From Cladosporium halotolerans (taxonomy: Eukaryota), in assembly GCF_011745625.1 (NCBI RefSeq), contig NW_027191460.1, forward strand, positions 434,001-498,000: a DNA stretch of 64,000 bases, given 5' to 3'. Within the stretch, counting starts at the first letter, position 1; every line of letters begins with the position of its first letter. Below, piece by piece: positions 22,163 to 33,713 of the stretch. The position numbers and the translations under genes were made by a program. The notes under the pieces were generated by a model. That model ran no database searches, was not told the origin of the DNA, and saw only the letters and a program-made list of their open reading frames with translations.

Positions 22163-23385
22163 CTAGTATGAAGTAGGCACCGCCGTCGCACTGGCAATGC
22201 CAGTGCTGTTTCCAGCACCACTCGAGCAGACACATCCAGGCGAGCTGGTAGCGACACTAGTGATTGGAGGGCCGTTTGTGCAGAAGTCAGTCGAAGTGAA
22301 AGCCGGCACAGAGGTGCTGGGCTTGTCTTCCGCAGGGAGGAACTGCGCCTTGACAAGCACGGGGATCACAGCTCCAGTGCCGAGAGAGAACTCCCTGTGG
22401 CCCAACACGCGGAGAAGGCTGCGGATCTCACCGCTGTGCGAGGTGATGGAGACCCAGGTGTGGTCGTCGGAGGCGAAGACGTCGTCGAGGACGCGCTTGG
22501 AGCGAGCGTCCTGAGCACCAGAGGGCTCGGCGACAACACCGGACCAGAGCTCGTCGTTCTCGGTGAAGCCGGACTCGATCTCGTAGTTCGGGAAGAGATC
22601 CTGGATGTAGGACTTGGAGTGGCGGCGGTCGCAGGTGTGGGTGGAGATGCCCTCGCGGAGAAGCTCCTTCACGGTGGGGACGAAGGGATAGTAGTGCGGC
22701 AGGTCGAGGTCGGAGAACGTGATGTTGGCGGTGCGGAGGCAACGAGTGAGCGGGGAGGTGTAGTAGGACTGCGGGTAGGGGACGTGCTCGTTGGCGATCT
22801 GTCGCTGCCAGTAGTTGTTGGCAATCTGGGCCTGGATAATGCCGTTCTCCGTCAGGTCTGCGTCCGCCCAAGTAGTGGTACCGTTGCCGTCTAGCTCAGA
22901 CCAGTAGCACTTGGAAACCGTCAGCAGGAGTCGTGTGAATTGCGTTTGAGGACTGCCTTACGTTCCAAGCACCAGTGCCAAAGAAGCTCTCAGCAGCATT
23001 GTGGAAGCCCTCTCCATGGCGGCCCATGAACAGAACCTTGTACACAGTGTCAAGGCCAGCATTGGCATTGAGAGAGTTCACGATCTGTGTGAATCGCTGC
23101 CACTGGGTTCCATTGCCGCTTGCGCCAGGATAGGTCTGGTTCATCAGGCCAAAGTTGAAGGCGGTCTGCGTTGAGCGGTCAGTATGGTCGCGTCTGGACC
23201 TCGGGATAATCACTCACGTAGTCGAAGCCCGAAGCAACAGTGTCCGGCTCATCCTGAAGGAAGTAGCCTGTCACAGTGCTGTAGCTGATATATCCCGGTC
23301 CACTAGTCGTGTTGAGGTACTGTGCCTGGGCTGCGCCAGAAAGCAGCGCTGCCGCAGCGGCGAAGGAGAGGACGTTCGAAGGCAT
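22163..23385 (-). CDS. Secreted histidine phosphatase, phosphoglycerate mutase family (Pmu1-like); exons 23385-23218, 23165-22962, 22909-22163
   Basis: Signal peptide MPSNVLSFAAAAALLSGAAQA; catalytic GRHGEGFHN; SPLTRCLRT; HTCDRR; SITSHSG; Ser/Thr-rich tail. Confidence 0.88.
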
Positions 23386-24005
23386 CTCGTTTCGATCACT
23401 TTGAAGAATGCAAAGATGTTGGTCGACAAAAAGGGAACTACCTACTGCAGCTTTATGTACCTGTTGCATCTACATGCAGCCGGGATCCCACCATGATGCA
23501 TTCCCTAGGGAAGATGCCGCGGGGCCAGGGCCAAATGAAAAAGATATCCGGAAGTTTCCTCTGACGAATGACACGACATCATCTCTTTCACGAGCCAGTG
23601 CTAGTCAAGCTCGCTAAGCTCGCGCGCCTGCGTTAATTCAAACCGTCCAAGCACGGCCTTGAGGGCGAGAGGCGGAAGCGAAGTGGAAGCCTCAAGAGCG
23701 GCCATCCGTTTGCCCACGTGCTCGGCGTCGAAGCTTCGGCGGATGATCGCTGCGGGTGCCGAAGCTGGCTCGACTTCACTCTCTTATCATCTGACACGTG
23801 ATGTGATGAGTTTATACATTGATGGAAGAAACAATTGAGCGATTAAAGTGTATGGCTCCAATGAAAACATCGTCCGAAGAGCCCGCAGAGACCGTCGCTC
23901 TGTATGTATGCACTATAGAGCCTGTACTTCGGATCACAACAAAACACCCGTTACACTCGAAATGAAGCAACCTCCGTATGCTCCTCCTCCTCCTCACACA
24001 GACAT

Positions 24006-24686
24006 TCAATCGCCCTCCCTCCTCCCCCTAACCAACACCTCACCATCCCCCTCCCTCAACTCCCCATCCTCCCCAAACCTCTCCCTCCCCACCTCATCCC
24101 TCCACCCCTCATCAACCAGCACCCCACTCCTCCCCCCCGCCTTATAAACCACCCTCGCCTCACAAATCCGCAACCCCTTATCAACCGCCTTACACATATC
24201 GACGACCGTGAGCGCCGCCCCCTGCACAGCCGTCAGCGCCTCCATCTCCACGCCCGTCGGGCCTACACACTCCACGCGCGCCTGGATGGCTACCAGCTGC
24301 CCGTCCGCGCCGGGCCAGACTGCGCTGCGCGTCCCGGGCGGGACGAGGTAGACGGCGACGTCGGCGCTGGTGAGCGCCAGCGGGTGGCAGAGCGGGATGA
24401 GGTCCGGCGTGCGCTTGGCGGCCATGAGGCCTGCGATGCGGGCGGTGGCGAGCACGTCGCCTTTTTTGTTGCTGTTGGAGAGGATTTGCGTGTACGCGGT
24501 GCTGTTGAGGGGCACGTGGGCGAGGGCGATGGCGGTGCGGCGCGTGTGCTGCTTGGCGCCGACGTCGACCATGTGGGCTTCGCCGGTGGGCTTGACGTGG
24601 GAGAGGACAGGATTGGGATTTGGCTTTTTGCTGGACGAGTGGAGTCTGGTTTGGCCTAGGGAGTTGAGAGCAGATGAGCCCAGCAT
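24006..24686 (-). CDS. cnxABC: MoaC/MOCS1B cyclic pyranopterin monophosphate synthase (downstream ORF of a bicistronic locus, probably reached by splicing to 24787)
   Basis: Motifs HMVDV, KGDVLATARIAG, AAKRTPDLIPLCHP, TGVEMEALTA, DMCKAVD and KAGG. Confidence 0.93.
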   Translation of the reverse strand: MLGSSALNSLGQTRLHSSSKKPNPNPVLSHVKPTGEAHMVDVGAKQHTRRTAIALAHVPLNSTAYTQILSNSNKKGDVLATARIAGLMAAKRTPDLIPLCHPLALTSADVAVYLVPPGTRSAVWPGADGQLVAIQARVECVGPTGVEMEALTAVQGAALTVVDMCKAVDKGLRICEARVVYKAGGRSGVLVDEGWRDEVGRERFGEDGELREGDGEVLVRGRREGD

Positions 24687-25021
24687 GTGTGTTGGAATGC
24701 TAGAGTAGGGGCCTCTTGGGAATGTTGGCGGTCGTCTTGGTTGAGATAGAGAGTACGTGTGCGGTTTTTGTGAGTTGGCAAGCTCATCTGTGAGAAAATG
24801 AGCGTGTGCCCCAGAAAATGCAAGTCAAACTTTCGAACAAAGTCATATGCTGTCGTAAGGTATGTTCTCCGCCATGTCATTGTAGACAGATTCATGCCGG
24901 GGTATTCCGTTGTATCCAAATGCACCTCCATCTCTTTCTCATCATATCATGGCTTTCGCCTCGCCAACGCCTACGCCTTTGAAACAATCACGACATTCCC
25001 CAAAAAAGAAAACAAGGAAAC

Positions 25022-26344
25022 CTACCCACCAATCAAAATCATCGGCCGATTCTTCATCTTCTCCAGCTCCCCGATCCCCGCATGCCTCTCCTTCTTCCTC
25101 TTGACCGCCGCCCCAATAACCTCCAGCAGCCTCCTCTCCTTGCTCATCCACCCCTCCTCCCCATCAAACCGCAAACCCTCACCTGCCTTCCTCTTCTCAA
25201 GCTCGATCTGCCTGATCGCCTCAAACGCCTCCTCATCCATCGGCTCCCCCCCTCTCTCCTCCCTCAGCAAATCCCTCAAACTCACCTCCGCCTCCCCATG
25301 CAAACAAACCTTCAGATTCCCATCCGACGTGATCCGCAGCCTATTGCAGCTCCCGCAGAAATTGTGCGTCATGCTCGTGATGAACCCCACCCGCCCCTTG
25401 AACCCGGGCACCTGCCAGGTCTTCGCCGTGTCGCTGCGCGCGCCCCGCAGCGGCGCGATGTCCGGGTGCGCCGCGCGGATGGCGCCCAGCGTGTCCGCGT
25501 ACGACATCATCTTGTCGCGGTGCCACTTGTTGCCGCCGAACGGCATGTACTCGATGAAGCGGACCTCGACGTCCTGGTCGCGCGTGAGCGCGACGAACGG
25601 CAGGATCTGCGCGTCGTTGAGCCCGCGCATCACCACGCAGTTGATCTTGAGCTTGAGGTTGGCGCCCGCGGCGTTCATTTCTTGCACGCGCGCGATGGAT
25701 TTCATGACGGCGGGGAAGCCCGCGCGGCGGGTCAGCAGCTGGAATTGGAAGGGGTCGAGGGTGTCGAGGGAGATGTTGATTGCTGTGAGGCCGGCGTCGA
25801 CGAGGGGGTCGAGCTTGCGGTGGAGGGCGATGCCGTTGGTTGTGAGGGCGAGGTCTTTGAGGCCGGCGCTGCGGAGGGAGCCGATCTGCTGCATGAGGGG
25901 GATGATGTCTTTGCGGACGGTGGGCTCGCCGCCGGTCAGGCGGATTTTGCTAACGCCTTGGGAGACGAAGAGGGCGCTGAGGTAGTGGATTTCGGCGGTG
26001 GTGAGGATCTCGCGGTTCGGGGAGAGCGGGACGCCCTCTTCGGGCATGCAGTAGAGGCATCGCAGGTTGCAGCGCTCGGTGAGCGAGATGCGCAGGTAGT
26101 CGTGTTGGCGGTTGAAGGTGTCGGTGAGGAAGTCGGAGAAGGGCTTCGCGTTGCGGATCGAGTCCTGGCGGCTTTCGGGGGACGGCTGTTGTGGGACGTA
26201 AGAGTCTGGCTCATTGTACTCTGGTTGAGTCGCTGTCGCTGCTGAGGCGATTTGGCGAGACTGCCATTGCCTTAACCGAAGCGCATGTGGTCGGAGCGTT
26301 TTGGGAGCGAGTGTCCGAGGCAGTGCTCTTGCCGGGAGTGCCAT
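25022..26344 (-). CDS. cnxABC: MoaA/MOCS1A GTP 3',8-cyclase (radical SAM)
   Basis: YLRISLTERCNLRCLYCMP (CxxxCxxC), RLTGGEP, FCGSCNRLR...KVCL and C-terminal RPMILIGG*. Arg-rich mitochondrial-type N-terminus. Confidence 0.96.
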   Translation of the reverse strand: MALPARALPRTLAPKTLRPHALRLRQWQSRQIASAATATQPEYNEPDSYVPQQPSPESRQDSIRNAKPFSDFLTDTFNRQHDYLRISLTERCNLRCLYCMPEEGVPLSPNREILTTAEIHYLSALFVSQGVSKIRLTGGEPTVRKDIIPLMQQIGSLRSAGLKDLALTTNGIALHRKLDPLVDAGLTAINISLDTLDPFQFQLLTRRAGFPAVMKSIARVQEMNAAGANLKLKINCVVMRGLNDAQILPFVALTRDQDVEVRFIEYMPFGGNKWHRDKMMSYADTLGAIRAAHPDIAPLRGARSDTAKTWQVPGFKGRVGFITSMTHNFCGSCNRLRITSDGNLKVCLHGEAEVSLRDLLREERGGEPMDEEAFEAIRQIELEKRKAGEGLRFDGEEGWMSKERRLLEVIGAAVKRKKERHAGIGELEKMKNRPMILIGG

Positions 26345-26972
26345 GATGGCTACCTGTACTGGTTGTAGAGTGGAGAGGAAAGCATTGCAAGGAAACGGAA
26401 AACGAGACGAGCTGCAGCGATATGGGAGGTGAATAATAGTGGTGACTGGCTTACTGTACAGCAGTACCGAGCCGTATCGTCAGAAGTGGGGGCGCGCGCA
26501 TGCCACCTCGCGGCCGGCTTCCCGAATGGGACCTGCGCCCTGTGGTTTTGCGGAGTCGCGGCCCTTCTCCGCAGAAGACTGGCGGCGATAGCTGTTTGAC
26601 GTTTCGATGACAGTACAGGTGATCAAACAAGATTTGGAAATGGGAAATTGGGAATTGAGAAGCGCGATTTTGTCAAATTGTTGATGATTGTTTGATAACC
26701 TATCGACCTCGCCCGTTGGAGGTATTGTCTCTACACAAATGCCGCGCCAGAAAATGCAAAATCGCCACAATGGTGGCTTCAAAATCAGAGCAGCTCCAGG
26801 TTAGGAGCCGCCGGGTATCCATGATCTCGTTTCCTTCCGAAAATGCAAGCAAGCTTCATCAAAGAACGCCTCGAAAAATGTCTTTCCTCAGAAAGAGTCC
26901 TGTAGTAGAAGAGAAAGGTAAAGAAAAATGCAAACGCCAGTATGCCCATGCTGTGGATGCTGTTTCAGAGCA

Positions 26973-29348
26973 TCAGTGAGTCGTGAAGTAGTATGCGATG
27001 GTCGCACAGAAGTTGCTGCGGTGGTCGGCGTCCTTGACGAGGCCGACGTCGTCGTCGACAATCATGTTGACCGCCGCCTTGGTGCTGACGGCGTACATGT
27101 CGACTTGCGAGTTCTGGATGTGAATCATGTTCTCCTGGCAATTCTGCTCCGGAGTGCAAAGCTGCTTGTAGTTGTTGAAGAAGCTGTACATGCCAGTGGA
27201 GTAGATGAGCATGTCACGAGAGTTCCAGATGCGCATGCCCCAGGCATCCTGGCAGGGAACGTCGCCGGACGAGTTCTTGCAGACAGTGAAGGTGGGGTCG
27301 TCGTAGTCGGAGTTGAACTCGAAAGGCTTCGGGGCGAGAGGGACAGGCTGCATGTACGGCGTCTCAGTCTGCATGAAGCCACCGAAGAAAGCGCCAGCGT
27401 CCTTGAATTGGTAGTTGTAGAAGATGGAGTGCTCAGAAGCGGTGCCCCAGAACCAGGTCGGGCCGGGAGCCTCAATAAGGACACCACGACCGCTGTAGAT
27501 GGAAATCTGTCTGGGAGAGTTGGTGTCGAGATCGTGGTCAGCAACCCAGAACCAGGTGTTCTCGCAGTAGATACCCTTGGCAGAGCTGGTCGCGTGGAAC
27601 ATGAGGAAGACACCTTGGCATTCCGGCTTGGGGTTCTCCTGCTGCGAAGTCGGGCAGTTGATCGAGTCAAGCTCAGTACCAAGGGAGCCGCCGATGCGGA
27701 CGTGAGAGTCCCACATGCCTGACTTGCCCTGCTCGGACTCGAGGTTCCACTCGATCATGATAGCACCGCCGTTCGGGCCCTTGCTCTCAAACATGATGTC
27801 GCTGATTTCAACAGCACCCTTGTCACCAGGCTGACCGACTTGGAAGACCGCCTTGGGCTTCTTAGGATCGCTGAAGCCAGTGGCAACGAGCAGAGACCAG
27901 ATCTCTCCGACCATCTTGATGGTCTTGGGGATCTTGACAGTGTCGGAGACAATGTAAGCACCGTGGTCGAAGTAGGCAATCTCGTCCTGCTGAACGCTGT
28001 TGAGGAACTCTTGGAGGCACTGGGTGTCGTCACTCTCTCCATCACCCTTGCAGCCGTACTTCTTGATCGACTTGAACTTGCTCGCGGGCACATTCTCGTA
28101 CTGCGGCTTGGAACGACCGAAGATGGCGCCGTTAGGGTCGAGCAGCGACTGGGCCTTGTTCGGGCCAGAGAGAGTACCACTAGCACGGTTCTTCTTCAGA
28201 GGACTAGAGCCGTCGTAATCGTAGCCATCGCCGGTTGCCCAAGACTTGATAATCTCACTGGTCTTGGGGAGCATATCGGTTCCAGTATAGTGCTGCACCG
28301 GGTGGTCGACGCCGGTGGTCATGTCGACATTGTCCAGGATGAGGTTGCCGCCAGAGGAAGGAACGTTGTTCTCTTGGCTCCAGGAGATGTTGACGCCAAC
28401 GGGGGTGTTGCTGATCTTGCTGTCAGAGAAGACGACAGAACCGACGGTCTGGTTTTCCGGGCCGTTTGCCATGTCGAGACCAACGCCGCAGTCTTCAATG
28501 GAGATATTGGACATCGTCCACCCCCAGTTCCAGTTCATGAAGACAGCAGTGTTCTGTCCGGTGAATTTGAGGTTGCGAGTAGTGAATTGCTGGCTGCCCA
28601 GGAAAGCACCCATGTTGCCACCGACAAACTCGAGATCACTGGCCCAACCGCCACTGCCGTTGTCCATAAAGATGCCCTGCTGCTTGTTGTTGGGCGACTT
28701 GGGCTTCATGGTGAATTTGATGTTCTGCAGTGAAGTGGCTTGGGCGACCTGCCAGTGAATGCCGGCGCCCTTCTCCTCAGGCATGGCAGTCAAGTCGATT
28801 TCCAAGTTGCGAACCTGACGGAAGAAGTTGTTCTGGTTGGTCCACCAATTACCACCGGTGCTGTTGTAAGGGTCGGCGTCCAGGACGGCCATACCCTCGA
28901 ACTCAGGCGCGGCAGAAATGACAGGGCGGTTCAAAATGTCACCGACGACCTGGGTGTAGTAGTACATCTGGACCGGCTTGGACACCTTGTAAGTGCCCTG
29001 GGGGAAGTAGACAATGGCAGGAGCGATAGTGGTCGAGTCGCACCAGGGGTCATTGCCACAGCGCTTGACGGCGGCACCCTCGGCATCGCTGATGGCCCTG
29101 TTGATGGCCTCGGTGTCGTCAGTAACGCCATCTCCGACGGCGTTGTAGTCAGTCTTGACGTTGCGGAAGATCTTGTAGTTGGAGTTGCCCCAGACAGTGC
29201 CCTGGCGCTCGATGGTCTCCATCCAGTAGCCGGAACCGGCCTGGCGAGGAGACACCGCAGTTGGAGCAGCGTTGACGAAGGAAGGCGTCGAAGTCAGCAG
29301 AGCGCACAGCGCTGTTGAGAGGGCGCCGATGGCGCGAAGAGACGGCAT
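26973..29348 (-). CDS. Secreted exo-beta-1,3-glucanase, GH55
   Basis: Signal peptide; two beta-helix starts (GDGVTDDTEAI, GDGESDDT); NQNNFFRQVRN, GIHWQVAQATS, WVADHDLD, GTASEH and QTETPY. Confidence 0.94.
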   Translation of the reverse strand: MPSLRAIGALSTALCALLTSTPSFVNAAPTAVSPRQAGSGYWMETIERQGTVWGNSNYKIFRNVKTDYNAVGDGVTDDTEAINRAISDAEGAAVKRCGNDPWCDSTTIAPAIVYFPQGTYKVSKPVQMYYYTQVVGDILNRPVISAAPEFEGMAVLDADPYNSTGGNWWTNQNNFFRQVRNLEIDLTAMPEEKGAGIHWQVAQATSLQNIKFTMKPKSPNNKQQGIFMDNGSGGWASDLEFVGGNMGAFLGSQQFTTRNLKFTGQNTAVFMNWNWGWTMSNISIEDCGVGLDMANGPENQTVGSVVFSDSKISNTPVGVNISWSQENNVPSSGGNLILDNVDMTTGVDHPVQHYTGTDMLPKTSEIIKSWATGDGYDYDGSSPLKKNRASGTLSGPNKAQSLLDPNGAIFGRSKPQYENVPASKFKSIKKYGCKGDGESDDTQCLQEFLNSVQQDEIAYFDHGAYIVSDTVKIPKTIKMVGEIWSLLVATGFSDPKKPKAVFQVGQPGDKGAVEISDIMFESKGPNGGAIMIEWNLESEQGKSGMWDSHVRIGGSLGTELDSINCPTSQQENPKPECQGVFLMFHATSSAKGIYCENTWFWVADHDLDTNSPRQISIYSGRGVLIEAPGPTWFWGTASEHSIFYNYQFKDAGAFFGGFMQTETPYMQPVPLAPKPFEFNSDYDDPTFTVCKNSSGDVPCQDAWGMRIWNSRDMLIYSTGMYSFFNNYKQLCTPEQNCQENMIHIQNSQVDMYAVSTKAAVNMIVDDDVGLVKDADHRSNFCATIAYYFTTH

Positions 29349-31881
29349 GTTGTAGGCGTTAGTCGTATGGATGGCGATCGTGCTGTGGTTGGTGATTGTC
29401 AGTTAGCGGCCGGCGCTGGAATGAGTGTGGTTGTCGAGCAAAGGTGTTGTGTTGTGTGTGTGAAAAGAGTGGTTTATGCTGTGGAAGTGCAAAAGATAAA
29501 CAGTCGCGCTGCGAGGTAACCCGTTGTCAAAACAGGAAGTCGCTGTGGTGACTGATGTTGTCGACACACGCGCGTGATGAGGCAGGTGCGATGCAGTAAA
29601 GAATGAATGGCGTCCCTCGCAGAGAGCACGCGTACAATGGGATTGTGCACGTGAGTTGCGCACGTGGAACAAGGAGGTAGTGAACGACGGAAGGAAAACT
29701 GAAGGGTGACAGTGAAGTGTGGAGGGAAGTGTGAATGGAGGTGTAGAGCAGGGCAGGGCATGTGAAGGATGGGTGCACTGCTTTATGTGTGCAGCAGGCG
29801 GAGGGGGTGTTTGAATATGCGTACCTCGTCTTCACGTTTCACCCCAAGCCAATCGCGTTCGTCGTTCCAAGTCCCGGCCGGGCAGGTCGGTGGTGTTTCA
29901 GGTGGGCGTTCAGCAAGCGCACCGTTGGAGCGGTTGTTTGCAGTGTGATTACTTCCAGGTCGACGAGGAGACATCACGACCGGTCTTATATGCGCGGCGG
30001 CGCTCCCAGCGCGATGTTCCAGCGTGACGACGCATGCTGGGAGCAGTGGCCGTAGTGTCTCTTGGTACAACCACCTCGACGCCATCGTTCTTTAGGTCGG
30101 AGTCAGCCCGCGCAGCCTCATGAGCCGTTGTCTCGCACGGGACACTGCGCGGGCCGGCGGGCCATACTCGATCTACACACGCCTCCCTCCCAGCCCAGAG
30201 GCGCGACGAAGCTTCAAACGGCGGCGCCATCGCAGCCCGGCTGGCACACGCGGGCAGGCGTGCGACGAGGCCGATTCGCCGTGGCAGATGTCGCGCACTC
30301 CGGACGCCTGGCCGTCCTCATTTGCGCATCTCGCCAGGCGCGCGTGAAACTGGCGGCAAGGGGCGTGGCGGCGGGCGGGCGGCATGGCGGCATTGCACGA
30401 GGCTGGGCTGGTGAGTGTGGGTGGAGGAGGATGTGCCGTCTGGGCCCTGAGGCTGCGAGGCTGCGACGGGAGGCATCAAGGCATGTGGCTCTGCGCGATG
30501 CTGGCAGCCCGGTGCGGGCCCTGCGTTCGGCGGCATGCGGCATGCGACGATCCCTGCGCCTCATGCGGCGGGCGGGAAGGAACGTCTGGCCAGGGATGCA
30601 CCACACCAGCATCCCCAAACGCGACCCCAAACTGCCGCTCCACCACGACATCCCTGCCGCTGCCGGTCACTGGGCCCCGACCTACTCCTCTCATTTGTGC
30701 TGCCGCACCTAGCCTGCGCGAACTATACAACACTGGCCTTGATGCAACGCTGCAGTATAGCAGCAGTCACTGCCTAGTACTGCTACCGACCCCTCAGTAC
30801 GCTGGCAGCCGCCGTGGTCAAGTGGCCTGTGCGCGTGGCCGTTGGTCGCCATGCTCAACCTCCGCCACCGAGACAACGAGGTTAGAGTTCAAAACGGCCA
30901 AGTTTGCCATCGCCAACCTCGCCGTCTCGTCCTCCTCACGCAACGGCGACGCGACCGAATTAGCACTTCCACCTTCGCTTATACCAACCACGCTCCGGCA
31001 GAGCACAGATCGTACACATGCACTGTGCACGTTACGCGGTGACGAGATCTGTATTCTCTAGGCTGCGCCGGTACCTCCAACGTCCGCTGACCTCGTCTGT
31101 GGGTGCGTAATCGATCACACGCTTCTTTGTTGACGCTTGCCTTGGCCTCTTGGTAACGCGCACACGACCAAGCCGCGAGGTGTCCTTGTGTAGGCTTGCC
31201 GTCATTGTTTAACGCAACGTTCGCACGATACAATTGTTCACTCGCGTTTGGTGACTGCAGATCGAACCTAGTTGTTTGCCTCAGTAGTCGCGACTTCGTC
31301 AGCAGCCAGCTCTGCCACATGCGGACCGTCGTCCAACTTGTCGATCCGGAAGAATACTCTCGCGCGCGGTCTAGCACACATCGATTTTCAGCCTTCATGA
31401 TTTGCACTGTCTCGTTTGGGACATGGCGTTGCTATGGCGCTATCTAGCAGGCTGCTAGTCTGCGAAATCCACGCAGCGCCGTTGAGATTCGCGAATATCC
31501 CGGTGGCGGTGCAAGCTTCCCGCCTCGTGAATAACCAACGCTAGCCTCTGGAAACTTGTCCCCGAGTGCTCTCTCAACGAAGAACCGTTCTCCATGGAAG
31601 CTGGGTGTCTTGCTTGCGCCATTCCAGATCACTCTCGAATCGCTTCTATTGCGCAATGTGAACCATTGATTGAGAAGGCTGCGGTCATGTAAGTCAATTG
31701 CACGTAATGTTTCACTAAATTTGGCTGCGGTCGTCTCTCATGAAAGCTTTAGTATGTCATCAATCGCGTCGTTCTTCGATCCCTCTGGACTTTCGATCAG
31801 AGTCACAGAATTGCAGTTCCAATATCCCCTATCATCTAGTACAACCAATTCAGCACTCTTTCATAAACATGCGCAATCTAC

Positions 31882-33435
31882 TCACTTGAACTCGTCAACG
31901 CCATAGGCATCTCTCTTCTCAACCATCACGTAGTCCCCACTGCGCTTGCCACCAGCCAACAACTTCTTTGCTGCCTTCTTGATCCTCACCACGCCTTCCG
32001 CTAGCCTATCTTCGTCTTCCCAGGTGAAGCACAGCCTCACGTTCCCATCGAACTTCACACTGGAATCGCCAGGGACCTCAAACATGGCACCTTGAGCCAC
32101 AATCACACCTTCCTCCTCGCTGCAAACCTCAGCCAGATCTCCTGACGACATCCCTTCAGGCAGAATCAGCCATACGAAGAATCCGCCCGCCACGCTCCGA
32201 GTAGGCTGAGGAAGGGAGAATCCCAGGGGAATCAGATGATGTCTGATCGCTTCTTGCAAGATGTGATATCGGCGGGCGTAGGTGGGTTGCAGGGTGTGCC
32301 GAATGTGGTTTTGGAGCTGTTTCGTCTCGAGAAGGTGGGTGAGGAAGACAGATGTCAGTTGGCTCGGGGCGCCTCCGGAGCGAGTTGTACCGCTGCAAAA
32401 GTGAGTCTGTGTCAGCTCCATGAACGACAGCCCTGTAATGGAAGATCGCACAAGATGGTGACATGTTACGCCACGCGGGAGCACAAGCGTTTGACAGATG
32501 CGAGAACCAGGTAAGAAGCGAAGGCGACACAACGAAAGCAGGAAGGGGGGGAAAGGCAACACTTACGTCTGGCTCACGCCATAGGCGAACCTGCTCGTCC
32601 CCTCCACCCACCCACACCGCACGCCCGGCCCAGCAATCTTGCTGAAACTCCCATTCGACACGGCATTCCCGAACCCGTCGGCCCCCTCGCGCTCCGCGCC
32701 CCCATCAATCTCCCTATCAACATCCACCAGCCTCGGCAAACACCCCTCCCCTCCCCCCTCCCCTCCCCCATCCACCGACCACCTCAAAAAGTCATAGACA
32801 TCATCCGCAACAACCAACGCATCAAACCGCCTCGCAACCCTCACCAACTCCCTCCTCCTCCTCAAGCTCATCGTCCGCGACGACGGATTCGCAAACGTCG
32901 GCACGCAGTACACCACGTGCCTGTACACCTTCCTGGCCCTCCCCTCTCCCCCCCGTCCCCTCCCCGCGGCACCAGCATCCCTCTCAACGCCCTCCATCCC
33001 CCTCTCCAGCGCCCCCACATCCACCCCCTCCCCATCCTCCCCGACAGCCCTCATCTTCCCCCCGAACCCGCCGTCCTCGAAGATCCCAAACGCCAGGAAA
33101 TACGCCGGCGCCACGACCCACACCGCAAGCGTGTGCTCCGCGTCAGTGTACGACGCCAGCAGGTTCCCGAGGTTCTGCGACGCCCCGCCCGTGATGCAGA
33201 TTCTGTCCGCGGAGACGGGGCCGGCGGCGGGCGAGTAGGTTTCGCTGAGCCAGGAGGCGATGGCGGCGCGCGCGGGAGGGTGCCCGGCGTCAGGACCGTA
33301 GGAGAGGGCGGGGGTGGAGGTGCTGGGTGAGGAGAGGGTGTGGGCGGCGGCGGTTGTGAGGAGGGGGGTGGGGAGGAGGGTGGGGTGGGGCCAGCCGCGC
33401 ATGAGGTTTATGGGGGTTTTTTGGGGTGTGGTCAT
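31882..33435 (-). CDS. PLP-dependent aminotransferase class I/II (YER152C-like); exons 33435-32567, 32392-31882
   Basis: Motifs INLMRGWP, ITGGASQ, VPTFANPS, ADDVYD and SFSKIAGPGVRCGW (PLP lysine). Intron 32566-32393 joins to GTTRSGGAPSQ...GGFFVW...VRLCF. Confidence 0.88.
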
Positions 33436-33713
33436 TGTTGGTTAGTAGGAGAAGGGGGGCGTTTTTGCTTTTTGTTTCCGGGATGTAGGGTTTCGCGTTG
33501 ATGGGGTTGAGTGGCGACCGAAGATTGTGGTGTAGATGAGTGATGTTGGCCCCGCGTTGGAGGGGCCCCACTTTGGGGTTCTGTTTGGTGGGAGTGGACC
33601 TTAACCTTACCTTGTTTAAGGTCAATAATTCGGGGGATGGATGTTGGCTGAGCCGGAGGAACAGTTTTCATTTTCAGGACTGTGTGGAATCTTTGTTGTA
33701 TCGCTCGTCCAAT

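Noticed and set aside
24798..29318. Long antisense ORFs over MoaA and GH55 (similar ones lie over the mannosidase, MetE-like and CLPTM1 genes)
   Set aside because: Expected shadows of strong GC3 codon bias on the coding strand.
30062..31061. Overlapping 200+ aa ORFs in a GC-rich intergenic stretch
   Set aside because: Arg/Ala/Pro-rich translations in all frames, consistent with stop-codon scarcity in GC-rich DNA.
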